DNA of 64,000 nucleotides from Octopus vulgaris (taxonomy: Eukaryota). Shown here piece after piece: positions 47,686 through 61,059 of this stretch. The notes beneath the pieces are model-generated. The model saw nothing but the letters and a program-made list of their open reading frames with translations. It made no database searches and had not been told where the DNA came from. Made by a program: the position numbers and the translations under genes. Positions within the stretch are counted from its first letter, which is position 1; the number at the start of each line of letters is the position of its first letter. The stretch covers positions 113,956,001-114,020,000 of the forward strand of contig OX597818.1 in assembly GCA_951406725.2 (NCBI GenBank), read 5' to 3'.

Positions 47686-50600
47686 GTAAGTATTTAGAAA
47701 ACAAAATTACTAATTTATTTTTTCTTTTATAAATTTTGGCTGCACGTTGTCTGCCAATTTCTCATGTTAGTGCAGTAATTTAATCCTAGTCTATGGCAGT
47801 TGATTGCCATTAATAATTATTTTGATCTAACCTCTTTTTAGCATCTACCATCCAACAGTTTTTTCGTATTTTTTATTTTTCTGAAGAGGAGGAGTTTTTG
47901 ATGAGAAACTGAGAACAAGGAATCAGTAATTGCCCAGGGCTGGAATATCTCTGGGTCTTGACAAGAAATCCAAATCTCTTTTGTGAATATGATTATTTTT
48001 TTGATTGTTAGGGATAAAAATGTTTCAGTATTTTCTATATTTCACATCATGTAGCTGTAAATATTAAAACCTTTTTCATCTCAAAATATCTTTTATCTTG
48101 TTTCAGTCATTGGACTGTGGCCATGCTGGGTACACCACTCTGAACGGTTTTAATCAAACAAAATGCCCCCAGTGCTTTCTCTATCATACACTTTTACCAA
48201 AATGCTAAGTTACAAGAATGCAAACAAATCAACATTGCTTGTCTCAAGATGGTGGGGACAAATGCAAAAACACATACACACAGACCCACATATACACCAA
48301 GCTTCTTTCTGTTTACTGTCTACTAAATCCACTTACAAAGCTTTGGTCAGCTCAGGGTTACAGCAGAAGACACTTGCCCAAGGTTCCACTCAGTGGAACT
48401 GAACCTGTAACCATGTGATAAGAAGCAAACTTCTTACTACACAACTGTGCCAATCTTTGTAGTATTACATGTTTTGCTTATTAATATGTCATGAAAGTGA
48501 ATTAATTATTCATGAGTAGTATTGTTGTTGTGGTGACACTCTTCGTAATGTTAACGTTTATATTCAAGCATTATCAAATATTAACCAGTGGTAGATGCTA
48601 TCAAGTTGCCGGACAGTTTACAAGAGCTGTTGCTATTATTAGCAAAGAGCAGATGTTAGATTCAAAAGAGAAGAAATGGAAGATTGTATAAATAAGTTAT
48701 AAATGTGTAGTGGTAATTTGCAGCTATATTTTAGCTAATTGGTTGTGTTAAAATCATCATCTTCCTTTAACGTCCGTTTTCCATGCTGGCATGGGTTGGA
48801 CAGTTTGACTGAAAACTGGAAAGCTGGAGTACTGCACCAGGTTCCAATCTGATTTGGCAAGATTTCTACAGCTGGATGCCCTTCCTAATGCCAACTACTT
48901 CAAGTGTGTAGTGGGTGCTTTTTACATGCCAGTTACTAAACACTGGCATTGGCCACGACTGCGATCTCACTTGGCTTGACAGGTCTTCTCAAGCATAGTA
49001 TATTGCCAAAAGTCTCAGTCACTGCCTCCCTGAGGCCTGAAGCTGGAAGGGTGCTTTTTATGTATCACTGGCACGAGTGCTAGTTACGTGACTCAGGAAT
49101 CGGCCACAACTGTGATTTCACTTGGCTTGATGGGTCTTTTCAAGTACAGCACATTGCCAAAGGTCTTGGTCACTTGTTATTTCCTCCATGAGGTCCAACG
49201 TTTGAAGATCATGCTTTACCACCTTGTTTTATGTCTCCCTGGGTCTACCACTTCTACAGGTTCCCTCCACCATTAGAGACTGGCACTTCTTCACACAGTT
49301 GTCCTCATCCATACATATCTTCACACAGCTGTCCTAATTGCCTCAGTTTATCAACTACTAAAGAATAAAAGTCAAATTGGCTTTGGTAGGTTTTAAACTC
49401 AGCATGTTAAGTAACCTAACTAAATAGTCCATTGTTTCTGTCACTCCAGTTATACATTTAATTATGTCGGTGCTATTTACAATAATTTTAACATTATAAT
49501 AATAACCATTAATAAAAATGTATGCTTTAATCCTTCTTGATGACTGGTTGTAATAAGCATTTATATGAGTTGTATTTGTTTGAGAAATTTTGATAGAAAA
49601 ATTTTTTTTTAAATTATTCTCCCTCACGTACCTACCTTCTCACAATATGTACCCGTTTAGGCCCTTTTCCACACCATATCCTCCTAATATCTCCTCCCTC
49701 TATCAGTGCGCACTCATTACATCCTGTCCCCTTGTTCCCACTTTTCAAAATCTTGCAAAGCCATCCACCAACTCGCCCTCTCCAATCTTTAGTCCACTTC
49801 ACTATACACACCTCCCTGTGGCATATAGCCCTTGCCCCCTTCCCTGTTACGTCTTCACCATCTTTTTGAATATATGTAGATTGTGTGTGTGTGTCTATCA
49901 AGCCTAATTATGTTTATATGCATCATTACCTCTCTCTCTTTCACTGTGTGTGTGTGTGTGTGTGTCTCCTTGTCTTCACATCACAGAATAGTTAAAAACA
50001 AGCACTGCTGTAATACTGTTGAAGAAAGGGAGTCCCTCATTTCTGGCCATAGGGAAATATTATCTTGCTTGGAAATGAGTGAGGGATGGTGACAGGAAGG
50101 GCATCCAGCTATAGGAAATTTGCCTCTGACCCATGCAACCACATACGTATCTGATAAATTTCATAAAATTAATGAAATATTGCTGCTTATCAGCTAGACT
50201 TTACACATTTTCCTCTGATAGCAAGAGGTTTAATGCAAGTTTAGACATATGCACATCATTAGTGAAATGGATAATGATATCATTTCTTACATTAAGCACT
50301 GAACTGTGGCATGCTCTATCAGCTTGGCAGATTGATGCAAGCAGAATTTTTTTATTGTGCCACAAATGTCACAGTTGTAGCAAATTTGAAATTCAACCTA
50401 ACTCTTGACACTTAATCCTTTAGCATTTAAACTGGCTTTATCAGGTTGAAATATTCTACCTGTTTTATGTTCAAACTGGCCAGATCCAGCCTCTCATGCC
50501 TTCCCAACAGTTTCATTCTAAAAAGAGAAACAATGTGAATAGATAAGCATTACATATGACAGTAATCTTGAATGCTCCTTAAAAATATCAGTTATATGAA

Positions 50601-50723
50601 AATTGTTGTTGGTAAATGAACAAATGAAACCATTTTTAAATATTTCCTTTTAAGAAAATCTTGTTTTTGCTTTATGCTTTTTTCTCCTGAATTAATAAAT
50701 TCAAGTTCTTTGTTCTTTTTCAG

Positions 50724-50790
50724 GGAAATTTTATTGGTCCCCAGATGCCAGCATTACAAACTAATTTTAGAGTTGTAAATGGGTCCCACA
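50724..50790 (+). CDS. USP36: USP36/42 exon 12
   Basis: GNFIGPQMPALQTNFRVVNGSH; FIGPQ(L/M)P motif as in USP42; strong tttttcag acceptor, gtaagt donor; phase 0 in and phase 1 out, bridging exons 11 and 13. Confidence 0.85.
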
Positions 50791-52240
50791 GTAAGTTTTC
50801 TTTTTAAATTTAATTTTCACTTTTTTTTTTAATATAAAGTGAGATTACAAAATGTTTGTCTGTAGTCATCAATGAAGGATTATTTTGTTGATGAGATATT
50901 ATTCTAAAAATAGTGTTTTAAATTTCAACTAAAATAGTTAAGAGATTTTTCATTTGCTGTGCAGCTATTGTTTTGACTAGTATCATACTTCATTATTGAT
51001 TCTAGTTATATTTATCGAAGGTGGTGACATGATGAGGGCTGGTCAACCACATCTTGATGAGAATTTTAATTTCTAGATGTTAGTCTCTATTTGCATTTCA
51101 ACTGAACTCTGGATAGTAATTACAATTTTTGCTTGCCTACTGCCTGAAAGTTTTCCCATACAATTCTTATAATTTCAAGGATACAGTTTTTTTTTCTTTG
51201 TATTTAAAAGATGTCCCTAATCTTGAACTTTATTTAAAAAAAAAAAAAGGATGCTAATCTGTAGAATGAAAGTATTGGATCTTAAATGATGGTATAAATT
51301 GGAATGCTTTTTACCGTTTGTAATTTCTTATTCTATAACAAGGTAGGTCTTTGTAAGTTTCTCTGCCTCCCTGCTGAAAATCTTCCAAGTCAAATAAAGT
51401 TGATAATCATTTACTGCTGATCCCCTGTGTATTACATTCAGTTGTCAATTTGGATATTTAATTTTCAATTTTTGTTTTCACCGATTACTAATTACTGCAA
51501 ATATTAGACCATTACTGGTTCCAGCCAGTTGGCTGTGGCTACACCTATTATTAAATTGTCTTAACTACTCATGTTTACCTTGTCTTAAGTCATTTTATCT
51601 TCTTGCATTCCTTGATATGTTGTTTAGTTATTTAATATATTTGTAACTTGTGTGTCTGTGTATATTTGTATTTTATAAGTAAGCACTAAAAAACTGGATG
51701 ATTCATATCCAAGTTTTCAATCGTTAATATCTGTCTGTTAAGCATTACATAAGTGATCTTTGATTTTTTGTTTTTAATTTTTTTGGCGAATGTATAGAAA
51801 TGATACATTTTAATTTATAAGTGCAAATTCACAATTTCTTTTTTTCAAACTCAATCTTATTTTAACAACTCAGTTTTGAGTTTACTTTAGATGGCTATGC
51901 TCCATTAATAACAAGCTAAGCTTTCAGTATTTCTTGACTTTAAAAAGAAAAGGTATCTTCAGTATTTCATTAAATAAGTGATATAGTCTTGTTGCATTAG
52001 ACGGGGTAGTTTTAGACCAGTTTTACCAGGTTCTCTCTTATTCAATGATTACCAAGGCATGGAACACTTTTCTAGTACTTTACAGCTAATTTTAGTGTCC
52101 TAATTAAGCCGTAACATTGCCAATTCTCTTATAGAGGAGCAGTGCATCAACTATACCGGTTTGCTTAATGTTTTAGTTAAATTTTCCTCATGTCATGATT
52201 TTCATGGCTGTTTTATTAAGCATACTTGGTTTACTTCCAG

Positions 52241-53276
52241 GGTCTCCAGTGCTGAATGATGTTGGCACGGCACTTCAACGCAAGAACAATACACTTCAGA
52301 CCTTGTATTCCCCAAAGTCTTTGGTAGACACTGGCAATAGCAATGCTTCAAAGGCTACTCCACTGCCAGACAAACGTGATAAAATCTCTTTTGGTATTAG
52401 TAGTTTTGCAAAAGCAGATGGCACCAAGTCAGCTTCTGACCGCAGCAGTAAGACTGGGGACGCCAAACCTAGGATTGTAATGCAGATAAAAAATGGTATT
52501 GTAACCACAATTGAAAAACCTGCTAATGGAAGCATTAAAGTGGTGAGCAAGCATGAAGAGGAGGTCTCCAAGCTGGTTCCTTATACTGGTGACTCTGAAT
52601 CTGATCAGGAGAACAAAAGCAATTCTATCTGTTCACCTCCTCACGTACATCAAAAGAACAAAGCTAGTAGTGAAACCTTTAAACATAGTGAAACTAAGTT
52701 AGATTTATCTTCTAATGATGATAAAGTGGTTTTTGACCAGAGTTTAAATGCCACCACCTCTGTTCCAGGAAACACTCACCTTTTAGAAACAACTAATCGT
52801 GAAAGAACTAACTCTCGAGATATTCGTTCTCCTGATAGATATTCTTTATCTTCTTCTTTAAGACACAAGGATTTGACCTTGAAGCTGCACAGTCGACATT
52901 CACAGTCAAAATGTTCTCCTGTGGAAAAAAGTACCTCTAGTACCGTCTGTTCAACAGCTACCTCAGTTGTTGCCATTGCTGGAGTTTCACAACCTTTAGA
53001 TACATCTGCTACAGGAAAACTGAAACCTGCAAACTTGTTTCTTCCATCTCAAGAATCTTCACCTAGCTTATCTTCATCGGCATCAGCATCGACTGCTATC
53101 ACTAGTTCAAATTGTGCAACAGATTGGCATGTGTTTGATAAAAGCAGTGTCTCGACTAGTACAAAACCTGAGTGGCAACCAGCAGGCTGGAGTGTCACAA
53201 GTAAAGAGAGTTTGGCCAGTAGTAGTAGTAGTAATAATAATAATAACAACAATAATAATAGTAATAATAATAATAA

Positions 53277-53308
<32 letters not shown>

Positions 53309-54721
53309 ATTTACTAGATGAATCTTGTCTGGAAGGAACAAGAGAAGCTATTTCTAAGTCAGTTTCTGACAGTGGCATTCAGACAACATCTGGAAACAGT
53401 AGCTCAGTGATGGAGTGTTCTACTTCAACTACAGTTTCTTCTAATATTGTTGACTTGTTGCCAAAGGAAAATTGTAACCAACAGACATCGACAATTTCTG
53501 TTAAAGAGGAACCAAAGAAAACACCTCCGTCTACAAGTGAACTAGATACTGGAAAGCCATCAGAACCTGTAAAATCAAAGTCAACCATGTTTAATACTTC
53601 TAATGTCACTAATGTTGTAACTTCTTGTCCAACTCCTATAGTGATGACTACGCCACATAACACACTTGTTAACACCAGCCATGCTGAAATTTCTGCTGTT
53701 AGTGGCCGACATTCACACAAAAAACACAAAAAGCACAAACGAAAGCGTCACAAGGAAGAGAACAGACAGAACCGTGGGGAAATTGAGGAGGAGGAGGATG
53801 TTGATGGAAGATCACCAAGAAAGAAAAGACATAAAAAGCACAAGCATAAAAGAGAACTATCATTTGGTGATGATCGTATCGAAGATCCTTCTACAGCTCA
53901 GCTTTTCCGTGAAAAAGATTTAAAAATAGATTCTTCCGAGTATGAGTGGGTTGAAAGGACTAAAGAGAATTTTAGCGCTGTTGACATTTCTAGGAATAGT
54001 TTAATTTCTTCTTCCAGTCGGGAAACAGTTTCTGAATCTTCAAAGGAACTGCTCTCCAAAGGTCATACTGGTTCTCAGGCCAACCAGAAAGTTAGCAAAG
54101 AAACCGTTGATTCGGTGTTATCACTGTTACAAGGTCCAGCTGAGCCTCCTCTCTTACCACTTCCATCACACCAGAGACACATAGTAAAGAGTCAAACTAC
54201 AAAGGCACCGAGGCCAGTTGTTGAAAAGGGAAACAATGGCTGTGTAACAGAGGATTTAACATGGTCCACAGGAGAGGGGTCCACAAAGACTTCTGTTAGC
54301 ACCGTCAAGGATAATCCTGCCAAAAATAAAATTTTGAACTCTAACGAAAAATCCTTGAGCTATCCGGTTGGATGTTCAAGTGAGAAATCTGCTGGTAGTA
54401 CTGCAAGCACTGTAAATAGGTTATCATCGCTTCCAAGCTCTGCTCAAATATCCAGCACGAGAACTGATGGCCATTCTAAGAGACACTTAATAGACTGCTT
54501 TTCTAAATCTCTAGATAGTTCCAATCAACCTTACTATCACAAAAATCAGTCCTCTTCATATATGGAGAATAGAATTTCCAAGTCATCAGGAAGATCTGTG
54601 TTGTCTCTTGCTGAGCGAGAGAGCAAAAGCTCTGGGGTTAATGAGAAAGGGGCAATGTTGTCAGCTGAGCCCAACAGACACTCCAGAGCCAATATGGAGA
54701 GCAGGCATGCCAGACAATCTG
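52241..54721 (+). CDS. USP36: USP36/42 exon 13: 2481-nt exon encoding a Ser/Thr-rich disordered region with Lys/His-rich basic tracts
   Basis: Core of the 880-aa ORF 52195-54837; ttccag acceptor (phase 1 matches exon 12), donor g|gtaag at 54722; HKKHKKHKRKRHK and RKKRHKKHKHKR tracts. Confidence 0.88.
53218..53310 (+). repeat. Coding compound trinucleotide repeat (AGT)n(AAT/AAC)n(AGT)n, poly-Ser/Asn/Ser
   Basis: Directly visible in exon 13. Confidence 0.95.
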
Positions 54722-55092
54722 GTAAGTTGGTTTTCTTAGCTGCGGCTGAGCTGGGTCATTTATCTTTTACTGATGGGCACCGTTCATTTTTTAATATTCC
54801 ATCGCACACTTTGTATATATATATTTTTTTTGCCTAATATTTTGTTTCCTCCTCACTTTTTCTAAAGTAGATCTATAGTTAAGCATGATATTCCGCATAA
54901 TATTCCTCCTTTCTTCCTGCAAAATGGCTAACCCCTATAATTATGAGTGTACGTCTCTCTCTACTTCTCTTTACACCTTACCCATTCTCATCTCTTATCT
55001 ACCCAACTATGCACATACATGTATATACACACACGTGTGTTTTGTGTGTGTGTGTGTGTGTACACACATACATATGTCTAAACATGTATGTC

Positions 55093-55144
<52 letters not shown>

Positions 55145-56054
55145 TCCAAACATGTATGTATTCACACACACACACATACATAAACGTGCATGTATACACA
55201 CACACATACATACATACTTACATCTAAACGTGTATGTATACATTTATACATATATTCATGTATGTACATACATATAAATGCATATATCTGCACACACGAA
55301 TATTAATATATACATGTGCATATACACATGCACATATTTATGCAAACACACGCACACACACACATTTGTATTCCATGAATCAGTCTGGTAGGAATAATAT
55401 ATCTTTAATGTACTTTGTTGTAATTTTTATTGCACATCCATGCTTTGCAAGTTAGTCTGAGTCTTAATTAGCATTTCGTATGATAGCTAACAGATAGAGT
55501 TTAAAGGATTCAAAGTGTTAAGCTTTGCACTGGTATCTAGAATACTAAGAATAACTGGTATCTAACACTATAAAAAGTTCTTGCTATGTGTTGGGTGGGT
55601 TTTGTGTGTAGATAGAAAACCTTGTCTTGATCTTGTCTTTCCTGATTTTAAGTACAGTTTTTTTGTTGTAGTAGAGTCAGATGTGGTTATAAGCTGCTGA
55701 AATATATACCTGGTCTTAGGTTTGTTTATAGAGAATGCTAGCAGACTGTGGCTATGCTGGGATACTGCTTTTGAAGAATTTTAGTTGAATGAATCAACCT
55801 CACTACTTGCTTTATTTTTTCAAGTCTGCTGCTTATTATATTACTATATTTTTCTGAATTGCTAAGTTACAGGGACACAAACACACCAACACCAGATCCA
55901 CTCACAAAGCCTTGGTCGGCCTGAGGCTATAGTAGAAGACACTTGCCCAAGGTGCCAGGCTGTGGGACTGATGCTGGCACCTTGTGGTTAGGAAGCAAAC
56001 TTCTTACCACACAGCCATGCCTACACCTATTCAAACATTTGAGTAAATGTTTAA

Positions 56055-56275
56055 CCCCTTCGTTACCAACCCGGCTGAAACCGGCTCTGGCTCTGTTGTA
56101 CAAATGCCTTGTTTTCTTAAGGCTTTAATTAGAATCTTCCACTAAACCTTAGTCACAATTTATGTTCCTAACACTAGCTGAATGATAACTAAGTTATTTT
56201 ACTAAATTCTTTCTTATATTTAAAGTAATTGAAAGAAACACAGAGCATCTCAAAATAAATACAGTAACGAAAGGG
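56055..56275. mobile_element. piggyBac-like MITE
   Basis: TTAA|CCCCTTCGTTAC ... GTAACGAAAGGG|TTAA; decayed relative at ~40490-40693. Confidence 0.7.
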
Positions 56276-57701
56276 TTAAAAACTATCACTAAGCTGAAGA
56301 AGTGGGAAGTGAAGTGAAAATAATGCAGTGAGTTTTGTGATGTTATAAATGACTTGTTCTAGTTCACTTAATGCAAATTCAAACACCTGCAGATGTCAAT
56401 AACCAGACTCTTGTAAATCCTGTCTGGAGGAGGATGTTTTGTAAAGTATGATGGAAGAGTGGTTAAGAGAATAGCTCAAAATATCTAAAGTAAAGTGGGA
56501 ATGTACGCATGCTTCTTGTGCATATTTTTGGTCTGCTAAAAAGAAAGGTGAAATATGCTGTAGAAGGGGAGTAATTCTTGAAGAAGAAAAAGAATATAAT
56601 TTTGTCAACTCATTTTTTAAAATCCTTTACTTGTTTCAGTCATAAGACTGGCCATGCTGGTGCATTGCCTTGAAGAATTTTTACTCAACGGAATCGACCC
56701 CAGTATTTTTGTTTTTGAAAGCCTGGTACTTATTCTATTGGTCTTTTGCTGGACTGCTAAGTTATGGTGATATAAACACACTAAACCAATTGTTATAACA
56801 AAGATACGCACACACACACATACGACAGGCTTCCTCTAGTTTCCATCTACCAGATCCACTCACAAAGCCTTGGTTGGTCCAAGGCTATAGTAGAAGCCAC
56901 TTGCCCAGCGTGCCATGCAGTGGGACTGAACATGGAACCATGTGGTTTGTAAGGAAGCTTCTTACCACACAGTCATGGAAACTTATTTAGTTTCTTATGT
57001 ATTTTGATATTGTAGACAAATGTGTTGGCTAGATTTTGGTGAATATCTTGTAAGGTATGGAAATAAGTTTTCATGGAAGTTTCAGTGAAAGAGATAAGTG
57101 TTTCTGTAAGGAGTCTGTGGTCTTGTGACAAAAAGACTTCATTTTGGAAGTTGAATTAAGAAATTCCTGGTGTTTACTAAAGTGTTAACACTTTTGTTAT
57201 GACAACATTCATATTAAGAATTACAAGTTTGTTGTGTAAAGAATTCCATGCTTAGAACTTGAAAATTAACCAGATGCATTTATTAAAAAGTAATCTTTGA
57301 CTCTTTTTATTTGGTTTTTATGTTTTTGTTTGTTTTATAGATATGCTTTGTGCTGTCAGTATTTTAGTTTTAATGATGTAACATATATATGTGACATGTA
57401 AAAAGCACCATCCGAATGTGGCCAATGCCAATACCCCCTGACTGGCCCCTGTACCGGTGGCATGTAAAAAGTGCTATCTGAACATGATAAATGCCAGACC
57501 CGCCTGACTGGCTCCTGTGCTGGTGGCATGTAAAAAGCACCCATTACACCCTTGGAGTGGTTGACATTTGAAAGGGCATCCAGCTGTAGAAACCTTGCTA
57601 GATCAGATTGGCGCCTGGTGCAGCTGCTGCTTCGCCAGGCCTCAGTCAAATCATCCAACCCATGCCAGCATGGAAAAGGGACGTTAAATGATGATGATGA
57701 T

Positions 57702-57736
<35 letters not shown>

Positions 57737-57759
57737 CATATATCAGTATGTGTGTTGCT

Positions 57760-58200
57760 CCTGTGCTCTCGAGCACATGGGGCTGCAAGCTTACACTCAG
57801 GTTTCTGCTGACTGCAGTTTTCTTTACCTCCACCCATGCAATATTAGCATTTCGCATTTTGCTTATCAATGAGGTGTGTCATAAAGTTTTTGGTCTTCTC
57901 TGAAACAGCTTTCAGACAGACACAATGAAGGAGAAGAATTTCTCTCTCCATTGTATCCTTCTGAAAGCTTTTCTTGATAATTGTTTTGGTAACCAAACTA
58001 TATGTCCAGCTAGTCTCAACCTTCATTCCGTGATGATTTCACATAGTGGTCTTTTGTCGATTCCCTTTAGAATGTCTTCATTGGTTATGTGCTCTTGTCA
58101 GTATGTTCACAGAATCCATCTCGAGCATCTTTGATGGAAGACATCTAGCCTTCCGTCTATTTCCCCAGTGCTCGTCCATGTCTCACTGGCATGAAGGTGT
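57760..58200 (-). mobile_element. LINE (RTE-like) RT C-terminal fragment of a second family
   Basis: HASETWTSTGEIDGRLDVFHQRCSRWIL. Confidence 0.65.
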
Positions 58201-59106
58201 GTAAGCTGATGGTCTTGGAGGAGAAGGTAATGCACATTCTCTGGAATGTGACTGCAGCTTAGTGTGTGTGCTACTTCTCTACCCATCAGTAATTTCATTC
58301 ATTTTATTGTGACTGCCTCTGATTATTCTCTTACTGGGACTTGAAATTTCTTTTATAAAATCATTCTCTTGAGGTTCACCATACTCTTTGACTGCCAACT
58401 ACCAATTTTATTGAATTGATCTGATGAAAAGGTGGAATTGATTCTGGATTTAAACATTTGAATTCTGAGCATTTATTTAGAAAGCAACTTGGCAGTTATC
58501 TCTTTGTATACCACGATTTAATAACAAAGTTCTAGTCACAATTGTTATCTCTTTTCTTGATAGTTTTTTGTTCATGCGTTACTACTATTTGAAATGGTGT
58601 GTTTTTTTTGAAGCAGCCAATAATTCTGTTGCTTTAGATAAGCTATCTCTATTATCATCCTTTGCAGAACAGAGAAAATCAGATTTTTTTTTTTTCCAGT
58701 GACCGAAAAATTTATGGATTTGGTCAAGTCATGCAGGTTGTTGACTGAGTCTTTAATGTAATGAGGGGAAAGAATGGTGGTGAGCTGGCAAAATCGTTAG
58801 CCTGTTGGGCCAAGTTCTTAGTAGCATTTTGTTTATCTTTGCATTTCTGAGTTCATATTTTGCCGAGATCAACATTACCTTTCACCCTTTCAGAGTCGAT
58901 AAAATAAGTACTGGTTGTGCAATGGGGTCGATGTAACTGACTTAGCCCCTCTCCGAAATTGCTGGCCCTGTGTCAAAATTTGAAACCAATGTGATGAGGG
59001 GAATGAAATAATTTTACGTTGAATGGTTACTACATAAATGCAAAAAAATAGTAATAAGTATAGATTCACAAAATACTATTAGGCTAAAAAAAAAAAAACT
59101 ATACAT

Positions 59107-59320
59107 CTACATTATTTGCATTGAGGACAGATATGTGTCCTCACATTGTTTATTGTATAATTTTGAACCCAACCCTGGGTTCAAAATTTTACCAGGAGAC
59201 CCGATGAAGGGTGGAGAGTAAATCAGCTGCAATGTGGTAACAGCAAACAAGATGAAGACACATATCCGCTTAATGTAAGTAATGTACTGAATTCCTCACC
59301 TCTAAAATATAGAACAGTAT
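59107..59320 (+). mobile_element. Palindromic (inverted pLTR + tail) Penelope-derived element with decayed hammerhead
   Basis: Central hairpin attttgaaccca/tgggttcaaaat (59160-59187), complementary arms, decayed CCGATGAAGGGTG...CAGCTGCAATG core; homologous to 26645-26766. Confidence 0.6.
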
Positions 59321-60251
59321 ACATTTACATCAGGCTGTAGTTTGTGTGTGTGTGTGTGTGTGTTATGGACATGGTAAAATAGGTGCTGTGAAGTAGTTCT
59401 GTTTATGGGTTAAGTCTCATGTGGTTGTCAATAACCATTTAATGCTCATGTTTGTGCTGTTTTGATTTATATTCTGTTTTGTTCTTCTCTTTCTACTTTA
59501 GTTGAGATTTATTCTTAAATTACCACTTATGATAATCTGTTATAGGTGATAGCAATGGAGATAGATCAATAAATATAAAGAAAAAATAGCCGTAACAAAT
59601 ATGTTAAAATCTTCGGAATATTTTAGTCTTGAGTCTTGATGTTTTAAGTTGAAAATTCCTTTTCTAAAGCTTTTATTCTTTTGTTATCATATTTCTGTTG
59701 AATACACTATCCTTATATCAAATAACTTTTAAAATAATGAAGAATTTAGTAAAATAACTACCAGAGAAAGCAAGAGAGATATAAATTATAAAATGTCTGC
59801 AAAATGTACACCTACTTTCTTTGATGTTTTTTCAAAGCTTTTGTAAAAAAAAAAGTTTTTAACTTAAAATATCAAGATGAACATGTTAACTGCCATGGCT
59901 CATTACTAGACTTTACTGGTGATGCCATGTATTTCTGGTCACACTGCATTCTGTTTAAATACAAAGAAATGTAATTTTTTTTTTTTTTTGCATTTTCATA
60001 ATTAAACTTTAATATTTTAGCACTTACATTCACAGGGAAACACAGTTTTGTTGCATTAATACCAACACTTATTCTTAACTCATTTGAGCATGCTGAAGTT
60101 TTTTTGTGGAAGCTCTAGATTTTATGCAATTCAACTCTTTCTTTTCTTCCTCAAAATTTGGACGCTTCTCTCATGGCGCCATGGCCCGCTGAAAAATTTA
60201 TAGCCATACAGTCTTAAAATCAAACTCAAAATAACTGCCTGATACGTACAT

Positions 60252-60282
<31 letters not shown>

Positions 60283-60470
60283 AGAAAATGGAGGGGATCA
60301 ACAGGTGGTATTCATCAACCTTTAGACATATTTATTTATTTACTAAAAGGACAATTATAACAATATACATACATGTATAACATATTATACTTTCCATATA
60401 TAATATATAAAATATAAAATTATAAGTAATCATTAAAATATTTAACATATAGCAATATAAATTTGGATAA

Positions 60471-60596
60471 TATCTTACAGCTATTTCGGCCCAGAGGCAA
60501 AAATATCTCATTCTTCCTCTATCCCTCCAGTAGATTGAAGTAATTAGTAGTTGAAATTGAGGTACTTGGGCTTTTTTCTAGGCTTCGTCAGAGATT
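60471..60596 (-). ncRNA. Minimal hammerhead motif with long loop 2, in a Penelope-like remnant (~60285-60600)
   Basis: Minus strand: ATCT CTGACGA AGCCTAGA ...~80 nt... TCTGGGCC GAAA TAGCTG TA^ AGAT (near-palindromic stem III). Confidence 0.55.
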
Positions 60597-61059
60597 TTAG
60601 AAAGTACATAAGGTTAAGTTATAAATATAAATACACACATACATACTTTTACATATACAGGCATATACATAAATATACATATACCTACACTTAAATGTAC
60701 ATGCATATGTGCATGTATATGCATACAAATGAATCAGTTATTATCATTAGATCCATTATATTATTCATATTAGATAAAAATATAAACAGAGGTATGAGAA
60801 AGTTATTATAAGAGGAGTAATATTGTAATTTATAAAATCAGTATATCTTAAGATTATTTTAGTTATGTAAGAATGAAACTATATACATGAGGAACACACA
60901 CACACACATATAAACATATATTTCTGTACATACATACTCATAGGTACATACATATTAGATGTGTTTAGAAGGGCGGATTAATGCAGTAGTTAATGCGTCA
61001 TTGTAATTATATAATTATAACAATAATACACAAACTTATATTTTCATATAAACATACAA

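Noticed and set aside
51891-51952. Possible poison exon (tttag|ATGGCT...AAAG|gtatct) between exons 12 and 13
   Set aside because: Weak donor and such signals are common in AT-rich introns; unsupported without RNA data
52195-52240. Hydrophobic N-terminus MIFMAVLLSILGLL of the 880-aa ORF as a signal peptide
   Set aside because: It is the intron's 3' end and acceptor region; the exon starts at 52241 in phase with exon 12
53049-53378. Antisense poly-Leu ORF
   Set aside because: Reverse complement of the coding AGT/AAT repeat
54885-55455. ORFs rich in Y/I/H/T/C/V (also at 15241-15530 and 47107-47511)
   Set aside because: Translations of (TA)n/(CA)n microsatellites
59546-59589. Possible short phase-1 terminal exon (GDSNGDRSINIKKK*)
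   Set aside because: Weak polypyrimidine tract and no similarity to the USP36 C-terminus
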